Assembly: GCA_044222475.1 (NCBI GenBank)
Contig: JBGANF010000131.1
Location: 1 to 21,910 of the forward strand
Length of the DNA stretch: 21,910 bases
Source: Polyangiaceae bacterium
GTDB taxonomy: Bacteria > Myxococcota_A > Polyangia > Polyangiales > Polyangiaceae
Direction: 5' to 3'
The position numbers and the translations under genes are program-made. The notes under the pieces are model-generated. The model made no database searches. It had not been told where the DNA came from and was given only the letters and a program-made list of their open reading frames with translations. Of the stretch, positions 17,078-21,910 are shown in pieces. Each line of letters begins with the position of its first letter. Within the stretch, counting starts at the first letter, position 1.

Positions 17078-17359
17078 GTGCGCACCGCCTTTCCCGACGA
17101 CGAACGGCCATACTTCTTGTGGGACGAACGACGCACGACCCGCGAGCTCCGCGAAGCCTTGGCGCGCGCGACCCGCGAGGAAAAGGCCCAGCTACTGGGC
17201 AAGGTGTTGCGAGAGGCTCGCGACCCCGACGTCTGGGCATTCACCACGCCGAGCGAGGTCATCGAGCTCTTCCCGCTCATCGAGCGTTACCTCGGCCGGC
17301 GGCGCGCGTTTTGGCAGTACCTCGTCAAAGCGTGGGGCGGTGATGACTCCGCGCGGTAG
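17078..17359 (+). CDS. small helical protein, putative antitoxin partner of the downstream nucleotidyltransferase
   Basis: 93 aa with RPYFLWDE...GKVLREAR..DVW...LGRRRAFW. It overlaps the next gene by about 20 nt. Confidence 0.7.
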   Translation: MRTAFPDDERPYFLWDERRTTRELREALARATREEKAQLLGKVLREARDPDVWAFTTPSEVIELFPLIERYLGRRRAFWQYLVKAWGGDDSAR

Positions 17360-17909
17360 CTATTTTCTCACCGGAGGCGCCGTGCTCTGCGGATGGGAGC
17401 TCGGTCATCGGACGACGGACGACGTCGACCTCTTCACCACGTCCGACGACGCCATGGCTTTGGGCGACGGCAGCGTGCGCGCAGTCGCCGACGAAACTGG
17501 GTGCACTCTGCACGCGATGGTGACCGCACCGGATTTCCGGCGGTACGAGCTGCGTCGGGGCGTCGAGGCTCTGATTGTCGACCTCGTCCGCGATCGCGCG
17601 CCGCAGCTCCGCGAGAAGATCATGCGCGATGGCGTGACGATGGACACAGTCGAAGAGATCTTCGTCAACAAGATCTGCGCGTTGGTGGGCCGAAGCGAGG
17701 TCCGGGATCTCGTGGATCTTCGCGCCCTCGAAGCTCGCGGGATGCGCGTCGAAGACTACCTGGATCTGGCGCAGAAGAAGGACGGCGGGGCCACGGCGGC
17801 GACGATCGCGTGGCTTCTCTCCACGCTACCCGTCGATGAGGGTCTGGCCGCCTACCGGCGGGATCTCGAATCGCGCATGCTCGCGGCCGCCAAGCGCGAC
17901 GCGGAGTGA
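17340..17909 (+). CDS. AbiEii/AbiGii-family nucleotidyltransferase (toxin-like)
   Basis: YFLTGGAVL...GHRTTDDVDLF (GG...HR.S/T.D.D motif), then NKICAL..R...RDLVDL. Start is GTG 17340 or ATG 17343. Confidence 0.85.
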   Translation: MMTPRGSYFLTGGAVLCGWELGHRTTDDVDLFTTSDDAMALGDGSVRAVADETGCTLHAMVTAPDFRRYELRRGVEALIVDLVRDRAPQLREKIMRDGVTMDTVEEIFVNKICALVGRSEVRDLVDLRALEARGMRVEDYLDLAQKKDGGATAATIAWLLSTLPVDEGLAAYRRDLESRMLAAAKRDAE

Positions 17910-17948
17910 CCCTCGACACGGCCCCCGGACATGGCCATCATGGATGCC

Positions 17949-18287
17949 ATGTCGGAACAGAAGCCGAGCGGCGACAAAGACCCCATCGAAGAGCTGAAAT
18001 CGGGCCTGGGGAGCCTCTTCAAGGTCGCGAAAGACGTGGCGAAGAAGATCCCGACCGACAAGGTCGAGGACGCCTTGAAGGTCGGCGCCGACGAAATCCA
18101 CAAGGTCGTCGAGAAGCTCCCGACCGAACAGCTGGAAGACACGATGAAGACCGGCTTCAAGGAGATGGGGCGGGCGATCAACAACGTGGCGACCGTCATC
18201 GAGGGCGAGGTGGTCAAGGCCGCCAAGAAGGTCAAGTCCGATCCTCCCGCCCCTCCGGCCGCGCAAGCCGCCCCGCCCCCCGACGCA
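17949..18287 (+). pseudogene. Lys/Glu-rich amphipathic helical-repeat coding segment lacking its own nearby stop (frame-disrupted)
   Basis: MSEQKPSGDKDPIEELKSGLGSLFK... has strong coding bias up to the Pro-rich PPAPPAAQAAPPP. The frame then runs on as Arg/Ala-rich shadow text to 19502, overlapping two genuine genes. Confidence 0.6.
18042..18179 (+). repeat. 69-nt (23-aa) intragenic tandem repeat
   Basis: KKIPTDKVEDALKVGADEIHKVV / EKLPTEQLEDTMKTGFKEMGRAI; at DNA level agaagatcccgaccga vs agaagctcccgaccga, 69 nt apart. Confidence 0.65.
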
Positions 18288-18288
18288 C

Positions 18289-18852
18289 ACGCGCGCGATC
18301 CTGGATGCGGCGGCGAGCTCGGAGCTGGGCGGCGGCCCAAATTGGGACCGCTTCCTCGTGCACTACGGGCTCGCGCCCTTCCCGCCGGACGAGCGCGCCG
18401 CGGTGGTTCGCGCGTTGAAGATGACGCGCGGCGCGACCCCGGGCGAGGTGCGCATCCTCCTCGGCTCGCTCGCCAAGTGGATCCAGGGCGAGGTCGCGCG
18501 GCTCTCGCGCGATCCGAGCTCCGCGAGCCACCCGCGGCTCACGATGATCCACTCGGCATCGACGACCCTCGCCGATCGCGAGACCGCCGCCTACGAGCGC
18601 GCGATCGGGATCGTCGCGCCGCAAGCGCCCGCGCAACCCGCCGGACCGCCGCCTCCGCCTCCGGGCATGCCGGGGCTCGGAGCGATCTTCGCCAACGCGC
18701 AGAGCACCTCGAAGGAGGTGCCCTGGGCGAACATGAAATACCAGCAGTCGTCCGTCCTCACCTGCGTCCACTGCGGCGGTCCTCAAGAAGCCGCGCTCGA
18801 TTTTCTTTGCCGATTTTGCCGCCGACCCATCGCCGGCGCGCCGAAAACCTGA
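18289..18852 (+). CDS. hypothetical protein with C-terminal zinc ribbon (start unresolved)
   Basis: The protein-like frame begins near 18289 (TRAILDAAASSELGGGPNWDRFLVHYGL...), upstream of the first GTG (18358). It ends with CVHC-x9-CRFC. Confidence 0.65.
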   Translation, partial: TRAILDAAASSELGGGPNWDRFLVHYGLAPFPPDERAAVVRALKMTRGATPGEVRILLGSLAKWIQGEVARLSRDPSSASHPRLTMIHSASTTLADRETAAYERAIGIVAPQAPAQPAGPPPPPPGMPGLGAIFANAQSTSKEVPWANMKYQQSSVLTCVHCGGPQEAALDFLCRFCRRPIAGAPKT

Positions 18853-18867
18853 AAGGCTCTCACGCGA

Positions 18868-20556
18868 ATGAACCCGGAGCAGAAGCAGATCCTCGATCAG
18901 TTCTACGCCCACATCCGCCAAGCACAGGACTACGTGAAGCAGCTGCTCGCGCACTCCGACGCCGGGTGCCAGCAGATGATCGCGCAGAACCCGACCGACG
19001 CGATGCCCCTCTCGAACGCGCTCGGCGCGATCGAGCACCAAGTGAAGGACGTTGGCCGGAAGACGAGCGACTACTGGAGCCAGTGCTACGACGCGATCTC
19101 GGCGCGCGGCAACAGCGAGCCCGCCTACACCTACGGCAAGCGCGCGGAGCGCGGGTTCCGCACCTGGCTCGAGCACACGTGGCAGCGCTTCGACAACCAC
19201 CAGCGATATGTGCATGCTGCAAGCATGTGGCCGCTCGTCCAAGAGGCGCTGAAGAAGGACGCACCTTGCCCGCGCTGCGGCGCTCCCATCAAGCGGCAGA
19301 ACCCGCAGCGCGCCGAGTCGCTGACGTGCAACGCGTGCCGCTCGGTGAACCAGGTGCTGCCCGAGACCGCGGTCGCGATCTACTACGCGACGATCCCGCA
19401 CGTCTTCGCCGAGCGCGAGTCGATGGAGAAGCGCTTCGCCGAGGAGCTCCTCCGCAACCAGTGGGAGGATCACGTCGACGCCGAGTACGCCGCCAAGGGT
19501 GATCGCCCCGAGGAGACCATCGAGTACCTCCGCCAGCGCGAGGCGATGAACAAGGACTACTGGCAGACCTACGCCGAGGTGAAGGTCAAGTACGAGGGCG
19601 GCACTCCCGAGGACGTGAAGTCCCTCGTCGATGCGCGCATGAAGTTCTTCTACGACGACATGGGCCGCAACGAGGTCTGGCGCCGCGCGAACGGCATGGG
19701 CGAGATCGTCGTGAAGATCCCGCCGCACCTCGAGAACGTGGACGAGTGGGGACCGCTCCGCCCAGACCAGTGGGAGGAGAACCAAGTCCACGAGACGATG
19801 CTCTCGATGACGATCTCGGATCCGCCGGCGTACAATCAGCTCCTCGCGAAGCTGGGCTACCGCGAGCCGCTGCATCGCGCGCTCGTCCAGAAGACGTTCG
19901 CTCGGTACATGGACCACTGGATGACGAACGACCCGCAGTACCACGACAAGATCGGCAAAGCGGCGATGCGCGGCATGACCGAGCGCACGAAGCTGATGGC
20001 CGAGTCGATGAAGGGCGAGGGCGGAGCGCTCACGGCGATCGAGGGCATCACGATCGAGCAGTGCGGTCAGCTCTACGCGAAGCAGGCGAACCAATCGCCG
20101 GACGACTTCTTGAAGACGCTCGCGCAAGCCGGGCTCGATCGCGAGAAGTGGGATCGCGTGTCCAAGGGCTGGATCGATCGCATGAGCAAGGACACGACGG
20201 GCGCGCTCGCGACCGAGTACTCGAAGGGCTTCATGGGCGCGGGCCAGGGGAAGTTCGGCGCGGCGGGCCAGGCGGCTGGCGCGGCGCTGGATCAGGGCTT
20301 CGGCCAGGCGGCTCCGGCCGGCGCGGAGCCGATCCCGTTCGAGAAATACGCGGAGATCTCCGGCGCGATGGCGGCGTGGTCGAAGCAAGGCAAAGACATC
20401 AGCGCCGGGCTGCACAAGCACTTCCAGATGACGGCGCAAGACTTCTCGAGCGTGAGCATGTTCTGGTCGCAGAAGATGATGCAGGACATGTCGAGCTTCG
20501 ATCGGCTGAGCAAGCTCACGGCCGAGTACGAACAGAAGTGGATGCAGATCGCGTGA
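18868..20556 (+). CDS. 562-aa hypothetical protein: helical N-domain, zinc ribbon, two C-terminal helical repeats (DUF6620-like)
   Basis: Very strong coding bias and a CPRC...CNAC zinc ribbon. Repeats: GITIEQCGQL...DREKWDRVSKGWIDRMSKD and PIPFEKYAEI...TAQDFSSVSMFWSQKMMQD. The DUF6620 label is from recall, not from a search. Confidence 0.8.
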   Translation: MNPEQKQILDQFYAHIRQAQDYVKQLLAHSDAGCQQMIAQNPTDAMPLSNALGAIEHQVKDVGRKTSDYWSQCYDAISARGNSEPAYTYGKRAERGFRTWLEHTWQRFDNHQRYVHAASMWPLVQEALKKDAPCPRCGAPIKRQNPQRAESLTCNACRSVNQVLPETAVAIYYATIPHVFAERESMEKRFAEELLRNQWEDHVDAEYAAKGDRPEETIEYLRQREAMNKDYWQTYAEVKVKYEGGTPEDVKSLVDARMKFFYDDMGRNEVWRRANGMGEIVVKIPPHLENVDEWGPLRPDQWEENQVHETMLSMTISDPPAYNQLLAKLGYREPLHRALVQKTFARYMDHWMTNDPQYHDKIGKAAMRGMTERTKLMAESMKGEGGALTAIEGITIEQCGQLYAKQANQSPDDFLKTLAQAGLDREKWDRVSKGWIDRMSKDTTGALATEYSKGFMGAGQGKFGAAGQAAGAALDQGFGQAAPAGAEPIPFEKYAEISGAMAAWSKQGKDISAGLHKHFQMTAQDFSSVSMFWSQKMMQDMSSFDRLSKLTAEYEQKWMQIA

Positions 20557-20890
20557 CTCGGAGAACTCAGGGTGACCCTAGGGTCTGGAGGCGAACCGCC
20601 CGATCCGCCTCCGCGATCGTCGCGAAGTAGTCGTCGCTCGCCGCGCAAGCGTCCGCGCGGCGTCCATGTCCGGCCGGTTACGCGAATTCTCCTGCATCCA
20701 CGTCCCGGCCGACCACGACCCGACGGTTCCACGCGTGCCGTCGCTCTCGGTCACGCCCGACACCCTCGCATGACGGATGCCGTCATTGGCAGGCCTCGAC
20801 ACGCGGTCGTGGACGCGCGCTCTCGGACTCCTCGACGACGAAGTGGGCCTCGAGCTCAGGACCTCTTCCGGCGCTTCATCGCCTGCCAAG

Positions 20891-21910
20891 CTATCGCGAT
20901 CCGAGCTCTCGCGCGAAGAGGGCCGCAAGGCCATCCTCGCTCACCTCTCCGAGATCGCCCGAACGCGAACGCACCGCCACGCTCCGCGCCGCGGCCTCCT
21001 TGGCCCCTACGACGAGCACGAGCGGCACGTGCGCCGCGCTCGCGCGCCGGACCTTCGCGCCGATCCGGTCGTCGCCGACGTCCATCTCGACCCGAACGCC
21101 CGCCGCCCGCGCCTTCGCGCAGACCTCCGCCGCCCAATCGGCGCCGCGTTCGTCGACGCTCGCCACCACGCACTGCACCGGCGCGAGCCACGGCGGAAAC
21201 GCACCGGCGTGGTGCTCGAGCAAGATCGCGAAGAACCGCTCGAGCGAACCGAAGAGCGCGCGATGGATGACCAGCGGCCGATGCCGCGCGCCGTCCTTGC
21301 CGACGTAGGCGAGATCGAACCGCTCGGGCAGGTTGAAGTCGAACTGCACGGTGGAGCACTGCCAGCTCCGCCCGAGTGCGTCCTCGATCTGGACGTCGAT
21401 CTTGGGCCCGTAGAACGCCCCGCCGCCCTCGTCGAGGGACCACGCGACGCCCACGCGTTCGGCGGCGCGCACCAGGACCGCGATCGCATTGTCCCAATCT
21501 GGGATGGCTCCGACGAAGCTCGCCGGCCGCGACGCGATCCGCACCGAACGCTTCGGGAAACCGAACCGGTCGAGGAGATCGAACGCGAACCGAAGGGCAT
21601 CGACGATCTCGTCTTCGATCTGGTCCTGCGCACAGAAGACGTGCGCATCGTCTTGGGTGAACCCGCGCGCCCGAAGGAGCCCGTGGAGCACCCCCGATCG
21701 CTCCCACCGGTAGACGGTCCCGAGCTCGGCCAAGCGCAGGGGGAGCTCGCGCCAGCTCCGCGGCCGACTCCGGAAGACCACCATGTGGAACGGGCAGTTC
21801 ATCGGCTTCGCGTGGTACGCACCGGCGTCCTCGGCGAGCGCCATCGGCGGGAACATCGCGTCGCGGTAGTGCTCGAGGTGACCCGAGCGCTCCCACAGCG
21901 CGGCGCGCCC
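20891..21910 (-). CDS. thrS: threonyl-tRNA synthetase, catalytic and anticodon-binding domains (5' end outside window)
   Basis: LWERSGH..HY, KPMNCPFH, ELPLRLAELG.VYR.E.SG.LHGL.R.RGFTQDDAH, GAFYGPKID, WQCSTVQFDFNLPERF, IHRA.FGS.ERF, FPPWLAPVQ. The frame is open to the window edge. Confidence 0.93.
   Translation of the reverse strand, partial: GRAALWERSGHLEHYRDAMFPPMALAEDAGAYHAKPMNCPFHMVVFRSRPRSWRELPLRLAELGTVYRWERSGVLHGLLRARGFTQDDAHVFCAQDQIEDEIVDALRFAFDLLDRFGFPKRSVRIASRPASFVGAIPDWDNAIAVLVRAAERVGVAWSLDEGGGAFYGPKIDVQIEDALGRSWQCSTVQFDFNLPERFDLAYVGKDGARHRPLVIHRALFGSLERFFAILLEHHAGAFPPWLAPVQCVVASVDERGADWAAEVCAKARAAGVRVEMDVGDDRIGAKVRRASAAHVPLVLVVGAKEAAARSVAVRSRSGDLGEVSEDGLAALFARELGSR

Noticed and set aside
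18288..19502. C-terminal 400 aa of ORF 17931-19502 as a real protein
   Set aside because: It has low-complexity Arg/Ala/Pro composition and overlaps two better-supported genes in another frame.
18232..20439. 735-aa antisense ORF (and similar ones at 693-2117, 4487-5752, 15271-16926)
   Set aside because: These are expected in high-GC3 genes because the antisense frame rarely has stops. They contain no motifs.
20578..20934. 118-aa minus-strand ORF and 232-aa plus-strand ORF in the gap after thrS
   Set aside because: They have Ser/Arg/Pro-rich composition, no motif and no translation signal.
1..21910. CRISPR array, tRNA, rRNA, integron attC array
   Set aside because: No regularly spaced repeats, cloverleaf or T-loop signatures, or repeated attC-like cores were seen by eye.

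Overview
Very GC-rich bacterial DNA. The style of the Cys-rich lipoproteins and the gene content suggest a myxobacterium (Polyangiaceae/Labilithrix-like); this is an inference. The left part holds lipid and envelope housekeeping genes: the 3' end of a plsC-type acyltransferase, a secreted lipase-like alpha/beta hydrolase, glmU, and a tesB / fabB-like / Cys-rich hypothetical operon. The middle is a patchwork accessory region: two SGNH hydrolases, a SnoaL/NTF2 protein, several small lipoproteins, an HUH/Y1 (IS200/RAYT-like) transposase gene bracketed by two near-identical hairpins, a co-oriented VOC / ADP-ribosylglycohydrolase / SMI1-KNR4 run behind a TGACA-N6-TGTCA palindrome, a fatty-acid desaturase and a SAM methyltransferase. 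The right part has an AbiEii-type nucleotidyltransferase toxin-antitoxin-like pair, a frame-disrupted helical-repeat/zinc-ribbon locus followed by a 562-aa zinc-ribbon + helical-repeat protein, and a threonyl-tRNA synthetase cut by the window edge. No rRNA, tRNA or CRISPR array was seen. The best candidates for something new are the hairpin-bracketed Y1 element, the zinc-ribbon operon, the orphan immunity/detox run, and a recurring leaderless-promoter signature.
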